From an uncultured Dehalococcoidaceae bacterium (lineage in GTDB: Bacteria; Chloroflexota; Dehalococcoidia; Dehalococcoidales; RBG-16-60-22): 64,000 bases of DNA. Where the stretch lies: NCBI GenBank assembly GCA_964500415.1, contig CAZCOB010000001.1:136267-200266 (forward strand), written 5' to 3'. This document shows, piece after piece, positions 56,821 to 64,000 of the stretch (the stretch's first letter is position 1; the number at the start of each line of letters is the position of its first letter). The position numbers and the translations under genes are program-made. The notes beneath the pieces are model-generated. The model was given only the letters and a program-made list of their open reading frames with translations. It was not told the origin of the DNA and did not search any database.

Positions 56821-56937
56821 TTTAACCTCACCCCCTTGGTCCCCCTGTCAGGGGGAAGCTCTAAACTCTAAGCAATAATTATTTTTAACCTCACCCCCTT
56901 TGTCCCCCCTCTCCTGGCGAGGTTATCAGGAGAGGGG
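56821..56937. repeat. Tandem direct repeat, each copy with a C/G-rich hairpin
   Basis: TTTAACCTCACCCCCTTGGTCCCCCT (56821-46) and TTTAACCTCACCCCCTTTGTCCCCCCT (56884-910). Hairpins CCCCCTGTCAGGGGG and CCCCTCTCCTG (56906-16) / CAGGAGAGGGG (56927-37); the second is followed by a T-run. Confidence 0.6.
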
Positions 56938-57057
56938 GAAATGTTTTTAGGATACAATCGTTCTATAATACATGCCTATAACCTTATAGTATGCATCCTG
57001 CTTGATATATAGTAGATAATATGTTAATATTAGTATTATAATCTTTACATATAGGTC

Positions 57058-57086
57058 TTTACACATTGTTCTTAATGTTATATAAT
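57058..57086 (+). promoter_or_regulatory. Putative promoter of the AT-rich islet ATPase
   Basis: TTTACA (57058-63), 17-nt spacer, TATAAT (57081-86); RBS GAGGTGA 4 nt before ATG 57104. Confidence 0.45.
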
Positions 57087-57103
57087 GAGCTATGAGGTGA
57101 AAA

Positions 57104-58327
57104 ATGTCATACACAAATAATTTAATGGCCCTTGATAGATTAAGTAAATGGTTCACTCCAAATAGACCTATTGATTTGCCTGAGTATTTATCTGGGCGCG
57201 TAAAACTAATTTACAATATCCAAGATGCGGTACACACTCAAGGCTTACATATTATTTTATATGGAGAAAGAGGAATAGGTAAGACATCTTTAGCGAGAGT
57301 TACAGCATATAGGGTACAAGAACCTGAAAGGAAAGATGGAATTCGAGCAATTCTTGTATCATGTGATTCTAATGATGATTACTCCTCAATTTGGCGTAAA
57401 GTATTTCAAGAAATAATGTTAGCTCAACACCAACTGGGATTTGCACAACACAATGCTGAGACTATCATTGGTAGACTGGATATCAAAGAACCCATCGCAA
57501 ACCCCAATGATGTGCGAATATTGTTAAAATCTTTTACTTTTCAGGCAGTAATTATTATTGATGAATTTGATAGAATACCACACCAAGGCAATGTAAGACG
57601 ACTAATGGCTGATACAATCAAATTATTCTCAGATACTAATGTAAATGCGACCATCATTATCGTGGGTGTTGCTGAATCAATAGGTGAATTGATTTCAGAA
57701 CATCAATCGATTGCCAGGAACATTTCTCAAATTCTTGTAGAACCAATGAGTAATGAGGAATTGGCAGAAATTATTCGTAAAGGCTATTCAAATTGTAACC
57801 TCTCATGGGAATCCGGAATTGATTATAAAATAGCTGCTTTATCTCAAGGATATCCTCATTATGCACACCTATTAGGATTATGGGCTGGTAGAAAAGCAAT
57901 CGAATCAAACCAAAAAGAAGTAGTGCAAATAGACCTAGACAAAGCAATAAGAGAAGCGTTAAGCAATACTGCTGGTGGAATAATACAAGAATATGAAATG
58001 GCTGTAGATTCTTCTCAACCTGATAATCTTTTTAAAGATGTATTGCTTGCTTGTGCTCTAGCTGAAAGAGACTCTCGTGGTAGGTTTGGTATCAAATTCC
58101 TGAAAGAACCATTGCGTAAAATTCTTAATAAACCCAATATCCGGACAGTTGCTTATCAAAGTCATCTGGCAAAATTTTGTAGTAGCCAGCGAGGTCCTGT
58201 TTTAAAAAGAACAGGCAGCCGTCGGAACTATAGATGGCAGTTTATTAATCCGCAACTTATTCCCTATATCAAGTTAGAAGCAATTGAGAGAGGAAAGCTT
58301 AATTCTGATGGTATGATAAATGAATAA
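57104..58327 (+). CDS. P-loop ATPase, archaeal-type (ATPase_2/ORC-Cdc6-like) with probable C-terminal wHTH
   Basis: 407 aa, AT-rich codons. Walker A YGERGIGKTSLA, Walker B VIIIDEFD. The tail RRNYRWQFINPQLIPYI resembles the DUF234-type end of archaeal ATPases. Confidence 0.75.
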   Translation: MSYTNNLMALDRLSKWFTPNRPIDLPEYLSGRVKLIYNIQDAVHTQGLHIILYGERGIGKTSLARVTAYRVQEPERKDGIRAILVSCDSNDDYSSIWRKVFQEIMLAQHQLGFAQHNAETIIGRLDIKEPIANPNDVRILLKSFTFQAVIIIDEFDRIPHQGNVRRLMADTIKLFSDTNVNATIIIVGVAESIGELISEHQSIARNISQILVEPMSNEELAEIIRKGYSNCNLSWESGIDYKIAALSQGYPHYAHLLGLWAGRKAIESNQKEVVQIDLDKAIREALSNTAGGIIQEYEMAVDSSQPDNLFKDVLLACALAERDSRGRFGIKFLKEPLRKILNKPNIRTVAYQSHLAKFCSSQRGPVLKRTGSRRNYRWQFINPQLIPYIKLEAIERGKLNSDGMINE

Positions 58328-58358
58328 ATATTTTACATACTATTTTATGGACTTATAG

Positions 58359-58523
58359 ATGTTTAGCTTCAAGGCCATTGCGAAAACTGTACCTGCTATT
58401 TGTATTCTACTTGGGTTCGTTGCAATTTTTCTTTTTAAATCCAATCTAGGATGGATTTTTGTAATAGTAGGGTTTATTTTACAGGTTTTGTTTTTATATT
58501 CAGGTAGAAGTAATAGATATTAA
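58359..58523 (+). CDS. Uncalled 54-aa two-TM peptide
   Basis: Below the ORF-track cutoff. ATG 58359 gives MFSFKAIAKTVPAICILLGFVAIFLFKSNLGWIFVIVGFILQVLFLYSGRSNRY, TAA at 58521-23. Two hydrophobic helices, weak RBS. Confidence 0.4.
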   Translation: MFSFKAIAKTVPAICILLGFVAIFLFKSNLGWIFVIVGFILQVLFLYSGRSNRY

Positions 58524-58539
58524 CTAAAGTTGTCTTCTC

Positions 58540-58568
58540 TTGACAAACTCCCCCGCGCATGATAAATT
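58540..58568 (+). promoter_or_regulatory. Putative trp operon promoter
   Basis: TTGACA (58540-45), 17-nt spacer, TAAATT (58563-68). Confidence 0.45.
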
Positions 58569-58596
58569 TAAGTATCAACCAAATTATGTAAAGGCT

Positions 58597-58882
58597 GTGA
58601 ACGGGAGTAGTAAGCTCCGGAGCGGGGCACAGAGAGTCGGGTAAGGTGTGAGCCGACGCCAGCGCGGGGGCCGAATGGACCCGGGAGCCGCAGGTTGAAA
58701 GTCCTTCGACTAGCTCAGGACGAGTAGGCCTTGCCGCAGGGGAAGCGTTAAAGAATCCCGGGGTATCGTCCCGACTTCATCGGGTCCGTACCCGCAAAGT
58801 GGCCCCGATTGCATCGGGGCAAGAAGGGTGGCACTGCGGAAATATAGCCTCCCGTCCCTTCAGAGGGCGGGGGGTTTTTTAT
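58597..58882 (+). promoter_or_regulatory. T-box leader (tRNA-Trp-sensing riboswitch) of the trp operon
   Basis: GGGAGTAGTA base motif, AGAGAG box (58631-36), GGTGTGA distal loop (58645-51), specifier GAA-UGG-A (UGG 58676-78). T-box core GGGTGGCACTGCGG (58826-39), then terminator. Confidence 0.8.
58848..58882 (+). terminator. T-box-controlled intrinsic terminator
   Basis: CCTCCCGTCCCT / AGGGCGGGGGG stem, TCAG loop, TTTTTTATT run ending 8 nt before the trpE ATG. Confidence 0.7.
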
Positions 58883-58890
58883 TTGGAGAA

Positions 58891-60321
58891 ATGATGTATT
58901 ACCCGACGCTGGAAGAAGTGAAGAAACTGAAAAGGCAGGGCAACCTGGTGCCCGTCTATAGAGAAATCAAGGCCGACCTGGACACGCCGGTATCCGCGTA
59001 CCTCAAAATTGCGCGGGGGGACCATTCGTTCCTGCTGGAGAGCGTGGAGGGGGGCGAAAGGCTGGCGCGGTACAGCTTCCTGGGGACGGAGCCGGCCACT
59101 ATCATCAGCACCGGCGGCGATAGAGCGGTCGACCCCCTGAAGCTGATAGAGGACGCATTTAAGAAATACCGTCCGGTGCCGATAGAGGGACTGCCGAGGT
59201 TTCACGGTGGGGCGGTGGGGTACTTAAGCTACGAGGTGGCGCGGTACTTCGAGAGGCTGCCCTCGCCGGACAGCGACCCCGTAAGCCTGCCGGAGTCCGT
59301 GATGATGCTGGCGGACACGCTGCTCATCTTCGACCACCTCACCCACACGATTAAAGTTGTCTCGCACGTGCACCTCGACGGCGACGTGGAGTCGGAATAC
59401 AACAAAGCCGTCAGAAAGATAGACGAACTCGCCGCGAGGCTGAAAAATACGGTTACGACAGATAAAAACAACCCGACGGCAAACGTAAAACCGACCGTGG
59501 AATCGAACCTGACGCAGGCGGAATACGAAAGCATGGTGGAGCGCGCCAAGAAACACATCTACGAAGGGGATATCATCCAGGTGGTGCCATCGCAGCGGCT
59601 GTCGCGGCGCACGGAAGCCAGCCCCTTCGCCATCTACCGGGCGCTACGCTCGCTGAACCCCTCGCCGTACATGTACTACCTGCACCTCGGCGACTTCCAT
59701 ATCGTCGGCACCTCGCCGGAACTGCTGGTGCGCGTCGAGGACGGAATCGTCTCCAACCATCCCATCGCCGGCACCCGACCCAGGGGAAAGGATACCAGAG
59801 CAGACAAGGCCCTCGAAGAAGAACTCAAAAACGACGAAAAAGAATGCGCCGAGCACCTCATGCTGGTGGACCTCGCCCGCAACGACGTCGGCAGAATCAG
59901 CCAGCCGGGCACGGTAGAGGTCACCCAGTTCATGGACATCGAGCGCTACTCGCACGTCATGCACCTGGTATCGCACGTGCAGGGAAAGCTCAGAAACGGG
60001 TTTTCACAGTTCGACGCCATGCGGGCCTGCTTCCCGGCGGGCACGGTCTCCGGGGCACCCAAGATACGCGCCATGGAGATAATCGCCGAACTGGAGCCGG
60101 ACAAGCGAGGCCCTTACGCGGGCTCGGTGGGTTATTTCGACTTCAGCGGCAACATGGACACGGCCATCGCCATCCGCACCATCGTTATCAAGGACGAGGT
60201 GGCCTACGTCCAGGCGGGGGGAGGGGTAGTCGCCGACAGCGTGCCGGAGAAAGAGTACCAGGAAAGCCTCAACAAGGCGCAGGCACTGCTGACCGCCATT
60301 GAGCGGGCGGAGGCGGGATAA
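58891..60321 (+). CDS. trpE: Anthranilate synthase component I
   Basis: ATG 58891 after GGAGA. LLESVEGGE, GAPKIRAMEII, GYFDFSGNMDTAIAIRT. The track start 58828 lies inside the T-box terminator and is rejected. Confidence 0.9.
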   Translation: MMYYPTLEEVKKLKRQGNLVPVYREIKADLDTPVSAYLKIARGDHSFLLESVEGGERLARYSFLGTEPATIISTGGDRAVDPLKLIEDAFKKYRPVPIEGLPRFHGGAVGYLSYEVARYFERLPSPDSDPVSLPESVMMLADTLLIFDHLTHTIKVVSHVHLDGDVESEYNKAVRKIDELAARLKNTVTTDKNNPTANVKPTVESNLTQAEYESMVERAKKHIYEGDIIQVVPSQRLSRRTEASPFAIYRALRSLNPSPYMYYLHLGDFHIVGTSPELLVRVEDGIVSNHPIAGTRPRGKDTRADKALEEELKNDEKECAEHLMLVDLARNDVGRISQPGTVEVTQFMDIERYSHVMHLVSHVQGKLRNGFSQFDAMRACFPAGTVSGAPKIRAMEIIAELEPDKRGPYAGSVGYFDFSGNMDTAIAIRTIVIKDEVAYVQAGGGVVADSVPEKEYQESLNKAQALLTAIERAEAG

Positions 60322-60911
60322 TGATTTTACTGATAGATAACTACGACAGCTTTACCTATAACCTCTACCAGTACCTCAGCGAACTCGGGGAGGAGGTAAG
60401 CGTTATCAGGAACGACAGGATAAGCCTCGATGAAATAGAACGACTGGCGCCGGAGCGAATCGTCATATCGCCGGGGCCGGGCACGCCGCGGGATGCCGGC
60501 ATCTCCAATGATGTCATCCTGAGGTTCGGAGGGAGGCTACCGATACTGGGGGTCTGCCTGGGCCACCAGTGCATCGCCCATGCGTACGGGGGAATCGTCG
60601 ACCACGCGGGGGAAATAAAGCACGGCAAGACTTCCCTGATTCACCACGACGGGAAGGGGGTTTTTAGCGGACTGACCAATCCGTTTCCCGCCGTCCGCTA
60701 TCACTCTCTGGCGGCCAAGCGTAATAGCTTGCCGGACTGCCTGGAGGTAAGCGCCCGGACGGACAACGATATCATCATGGGGCTACGCCACCGCGAGCAC
60801 CAAGTGGAGGGGGTACAGTTTCACCCGGAGTCCATCGCAACCGAAGCGGGGAAGGACTTACTAAAAAATTTTCTTCAAATGTCATATACTGGAGGAAAAG
60901 GGGGGAGGTGA
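60321..60911 (+). CDS. trpG: Anthranilate synthase component II (glutamine amidotransferase)
   Basis: 196 aa. ILGVCLGHQ catalytic Cys, GVQFHPES; the start overlaps the trpE stop. Confidence 0.9.
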   Translation: MILLIDNYDSFTYNLYQYLSELGEEVSVIRNDRISLDEIERLAPERIVISPGPGTPRDAGISNDVILRFGGRLPILGVCLGHQCIAHAYGGIVDHAGEIKHGKTSLIHHDGKGVFSGLTNPFPAVRYHSLAAKRNSLPDCLEVSARTDNDIIMGLRHREHQVEGVQFHPESIATEAGKDLLKNFLQMSYTGGKGGR

Positions 60912-60915
60912 AAAG

Positions 60916-61938
60916 ATGATTAAAGAAGCTATAAGCGTATTAGTCGAGGGGCGTTCCCTGAGCTTTGATGAGGCCTCCGGCAGCATGGAGGAAATCATGA
61001 ACGGGCAGGCGACCTCGGCGCAGATAGCCGCCTTCCTTACCGCCCTGCGCGTAAAAGGGGAGACCGCCGACGAGATTGCCGGCCTGGCCAGCGTCATGCG
61101 GGCGAAAGCCCTGCCGGTAAGCATCACCGGCCCGGCGATAGATATCGTGGGGACGGGCGGAGACGGGTCCGGCAGCTTTAATATATCCACGGCGGCGGCG
61201 TTCGTGGCGGCGGGGGCGGGACTTAAAGTTGCCAAGCACGGCAACCGCGCCGCTTCCAGTCAGTGCGGCAGCGCCGATATCCTGGAGGCGCTGGGGGTAA
61301 AAATAGAACTCGGGCCGAAAGCCGTCGCCGAGTGCATCGAGAAGGTCGGTATAGGCTTTATGTTCGCCCCGGTTTTTCACCCGGCCATGAAACACGCCGC
61401 CCTGCCCCGCCGGGAAATGGGTATACGCACCGTATTCAACATCCTCGGCCCGCTGACCAATCCCGCCCGCGCCGAGCACATGGTACTGGGCGTTCCCAGT
61501 GAAGAACTGGGCAGTAAAATAGCCGCCGTGCTTTACCGACTCGGCACAAAGCACTCGCTGGTGATATACGGGTGTGACAATCTCGATGAGATATCAATAA
61601 GCGATAAATCGCTAGTCTGGGATGTCAGCGAGAACTTACTTTTACCGCCCTACGAAATATCGCCCGGAAGTTTCGGGTTCGAGGCAGCGGACAGGGCGGA
61701 GATTAAAGGCGGAACATCGACGGAAAACGCCGAAAAAATGCGCAGCATCTTCGAAGGGGAAGTGAGCGCCTTGCGGAATACGGTCGTCATGAACGCCGCC
61801 GCGGGACTCGTCGCCGGAAACGTTACAAAAGACCTTCAACAAGCAGCGCGCCTGGCCGAAGTAGCCATCGACAGCGGCCGGGCGAAGGGTAAACTAAACC
61901 AGCTGGTGGAGTTAAGCCAGCGTCTGGGGCAAACATGA
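60916..61938 (+). CDS. trpD: Anthranilate phosphoribosyltransferase
   Basis: 340 aa. DIVGTGGDGSGSFNIST, KHGNRA. Confidence 0.9.
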   Translation: MIKEAISVLVEGRSLSFDEASGSMEEIMNGQATSAQIAAFLTALRVKGETADEIAGLASVMRAKALPVSITGPAIDIVGTGGDGSGSFNISTAAAFVAAGAGLKVAKHGNRAASSQCGSADILEALGVKIELGPKAVAECIEKVGIGFMFAPVFHPAMKHAALPRREMGIRTVFNILGPLTNPARAEHMVLGVPSEELGSKIAAVLYRLGTKHSLVIYGCDNLDEISISDKSLVWDVSENLLLPPYEISPGSFGFEAADRAEIKGGTSTENAEKMRSIFEGEVSALRNTVVMNAAAGLVAGNVTKDLQQAARLAEVAIDSGRAKGKLNQLVELSQRLGQT

Positions 61939-62711
61939 TAGCCACGATACTGGATAAAATACTAGGTAATAAGAAGCTGGAAGTAGAGCAGAAAAAACAA
62001 TTTCTGCCTTTATCCGCTCTGAAGGAGCGTATCGCCCAATATAAACCCCTCGATTTTGCCGGTGCGCTAACAGGTCCCGGCGTAAAAATTATCACCGAGG
62101 TAAAGAAAGCTTCGCCTTCAAGAGGGATTTTACGCGAGGATTTCGACCCCGTAGGGTTGGCGGTGACCTATGCCGCGAACGGCGCGGCGGCAATCTCGGT
62201 ACTGACCGAGGTCAAACACTTCCAGGGCAGCCTGAAAAACCTGTCAGCCATCAGAGAGAAGGTCAATATCCCGCTGCTGCGCAAAGACTTTATCTTCGAC
62301 GAGTATCAGGTCTACGAATCGGCCGCCTGCGGGGCCGACGCCCTGCTCCTGATAGCGGCGATACTGAGTTCCGAACAACTCGGCGAACTGCTGGAAATAA
62401 ACGGCGGCATCGGCTTAAGCTGCCTCGTCGAGGTACACAATGAAGAGGAACTGAAAACCGCCCTCCTGGCCGGAGCCAGAATCATCGGCATCAACAACCG
62501 CGACCTCAACACCTTCAGGGTCGATACCGACACCACCCGGCGCCTGAGGATGCTGATTCCGCAGGAAAACATCGTGGTCAGCGAGAGCGGCATCAATAGC
62601 CGGGACGACATAATGAAAATGGAGGAGTGTAAAGTGAACGCCGTGCTGGTGGGCGAGGCACTGGTTACCTCCGAAGATATTCCCGCCAAGATGAAGGAAC
62701 TAATAATATGA
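61935..62711 (+). CDS. trpC: Indole-3-glycerol phosphate synthase
   Basis: 258 aa. IITEVKKASPS, LRKDFI, GINNRDL. Confidence 0.9.
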   Translation: MIATILDKILGNKKLEVEQKKQFLPLSALKERIAQYKPLDFAGALTGPGVKIITEVKKASPSRGILREDFDPVGLAVTYAANGAAAISVLTEVKHFQGSLKNLSAIREKVNIPLLRKDFIFDEYQVYESAACGADALLLIAAILSSEQLGELLEINGGIGLSCLVEVHNEEELKTALLAGARIIGINNRDLNTFRVDTDTTRRLRMLIPQENIVVSESGINSRDDIMKMEECKVNAVLVGEALVTSEDIPAKMKELII

Positions 62712-63364
62712 CCAGAATCAAGATAGACGGTATAAAAAAAGAAGAGCAGGCTCTTGCCGCGGCTGAGGCCGGGGTCGACTTCATAGGGATGGTATTCGCG
62801 CATAGTCCGCGCCAGGTTACCCCAGCGCGGGCGGAAAAGATAACGGCGGCATTAAAGAAAAGCGGGGCAACCGTAGAGGTCGTCGGTGTTTTTGTTAACG
62901 CGCATGTGGGCACGGTAAACAGGATTGCCGAGAGGTGCAACCTGGACTGGGTGCAGCTTAGCGGCGACGAGCCCTGGGAATACTGCCGCGAGCTGGCCCG
63001 GCCGGTCATCCAGGTTATCAGGTTAAGTCGCAACCAGAAAGCGGAGCAGGTATGCAAAGACCTCGCCTACGGGACAAAGCTTCTCAACAAACAAAAACAC
63101 ATCTTTCTGATAGACTCGAATATTAAGGGCAGGTATGGCGGGACCGGCAGGAAATTCGACTGGAAGCTGGCGGTGCCGATAGCCAGGGAGTTCCCGGTGA
63201 TTGTCGCCGGGGGGCTGACACCGGGTAACGTCGCCGAGGCGATAAGGGTAATTTCCCCGTGGGGGGTCGATGTCTCCACGGGGGTAGAAACAAAGGGCGT
63301 CAAGGACATGGAGAAAATTAAAAAATTTATCGATGCGGTGAGGGGAGCAGATGAACAGGCCTGA
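62708..63364 (+). CDS. trpF: Phosphoribosylanthranilate isomerase
   Basis: 218 aa. [32 protein letters not shown]. Confidence 0.85.
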   Translation: MTRIKIDGIKKEEQALAAAEAGVDFIGMVFAHSPRQVTPARAEKITAALKKSGATVEVVGVFVNAHVGTVNRIAERCNLDWVQLSGDEPWEYCRELARPVIQVIRLSRNQKAEQVCKDLAYGTKLLNKQKHIFLIDSNIKGRYGGTGRKFDWKLAVPIAREFPVIVAGGLTPGNVAEAIRVISPWGVDVSTGVETKGVKDMEKIKKFIDAVRGADEQA

Positions 63365-64000
63365 CCTGCGCGGCTACTTCGGGGAGTACGGCGGTAAGTT
63401 CGTGCCGGAAACGCTGATGCCGGCACTGGCCGAACTGGAAGCCGCCTATAACGAAGCCATGGCCGACGCCGACTTCCAGGAGGAGTTCAGCCGGCTGTGT
63501 CGCGACTACATCGGGCGTCCCACACCACTCTATTATGCTCAGCAGCTATCGGGAAAAATCGGCGGGGCCACTATCCTGCTCAAGCGCGAAGACCTCGCCC
63601 ATACCGGCGCGCACAAAATTAACAACGCCCTGGGACAGGGGCTGCTGGCCAGGCGCATGGGCAAGACCAGAATCATCGCCGAGACTGGGGCCGGCCAGCA
63701 CGGGGTCGCTGCGGCCACCGTCGGCGCCATGCTGGGAATCGAATGCATTATCTACATGGGCGCCGAGGATATCCGCCGCCAGGCGTCCAACGTTAACCGC
63801 ATCAAGCTGACGGGCGCCAAGGTAGTACCGGTGACGTCGGGGAGCCAGACTCTCAAGGACGCCATCAACGAAGCCATCCGCGACTGGGTCAGCAACGTGC
63901 GCAATACCCATTATTTACTCGGCTCGGTGGTCGGCCCTCACCCTTACCCTATAATGGTACGTGATTTCCAGTCGATAATCGGGCGGGAAGCCAGGGAACA
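63351..64000 (+). CDS. trpB: Tryptophan synthase beta chain, N-terminal part (runs off the right edge)
   Basis: Not in ORF track. ATG 63351 gives [26 protein letters not shown]...[18 protein letters not shown]...[10 protein letters not shown]. Confidence 0.9.
   Translation, partial: MNRPDLRGYFGEYGGKFVPETLMPALAELEAAYNEAMADADFQEEFSRLCRDYIGRPTPLYYAQQLSGKIGGATILLKREDLAHTGAHKINNALGQGLLARRMGKTRIIAETGAGQHGVAAATVGAMLGIECIIYMGAEDIRRQASNVNRIKLTGAKVVPVTSGSQTLKDAINEAIRDWVSNVRNTHYLLGSVVGPHPYPIMVRDFQSIIGREARE

Noticed and set aside
56947-57156. 69-aa minus-strand ORF at the left edge of the AT-rich islet.
   Set aside because: It overlaps the predicted promoter, RBS and start of the ATPase gene. Its Ile/Tyr/Leu/Lys-rich translation is what random AT-rich DNA gives.
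58828-58890. Upstream start of trpE as given by the ORF track (MALRKYSLPSLQRAGGFLFGE...).
   Set aside because: This segment is the T-box core plus the terminator hairpin and U-run. ATG 58891 has a GGAGA RBS and gives a normal TrpE N-terminus.

Overview
GC-rich bacterial chromosomal segment. Gene content, a T-box-controlled trp operon and the abundant GTCATTC...GAATCC intergenic hairpins suggest a Chloroflexota/Dehalococcoidia-like anaerobe; this is inference only. About 60 CDS and no rRNA, tRNA, CRISPR, transposase or integrase. Housekeeping blocks: etfBA, prmC-prfA, ribF-tyrS, serC-like/serA, udg-rnj-ftsK, thiE-yraN-rnhB-tmk, pdxST, rsmG, rpsB-tsf-pyrH-frr-uppS-cdsA and trpEGDCFB. Accessory parts worth a second look: (1) a sharply AT-rich islet at 56.9-58.5 kb between cdsA and the trp T-box, with its own promoter, an archaeal-type P-loop ATPase and an uncalled 54-aa two-TM ORF; it is my best candidate for an undescribed (defence-like?) module. 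(2) A 21.3-26.6 kb neighbourhood with GT4 (MshA-like), PIG-L deacetylase, two-domain GNAT, FemAB/CelD-like GNAT, PAP2 and glyoxalase-II-like genes. It resembles a GlcN-based small-molecule or low-molecular-weight thiol pathway but has no recognisable Cys ligase. (3) A 26.7-41.9 kb catabolic block: three acyl-CoA dehydrogenases, fused HAD/crotonase, DUF35 plus SCP-x thiolase, an embedded DUF169 plus 2Fe-2S/ASKHA (RACE-like) pair, and a divergent signal-less Mo/W bis-PGD enzyme with a two-cluster mini ferredoxin subunit. (4) Two membrane pyrophosphatase paralogues with opposite K+-dependence signatures. (5) A translin-HRDC fusion. All calls come from reading the sequence and ORF translations by eye; no searches were run.
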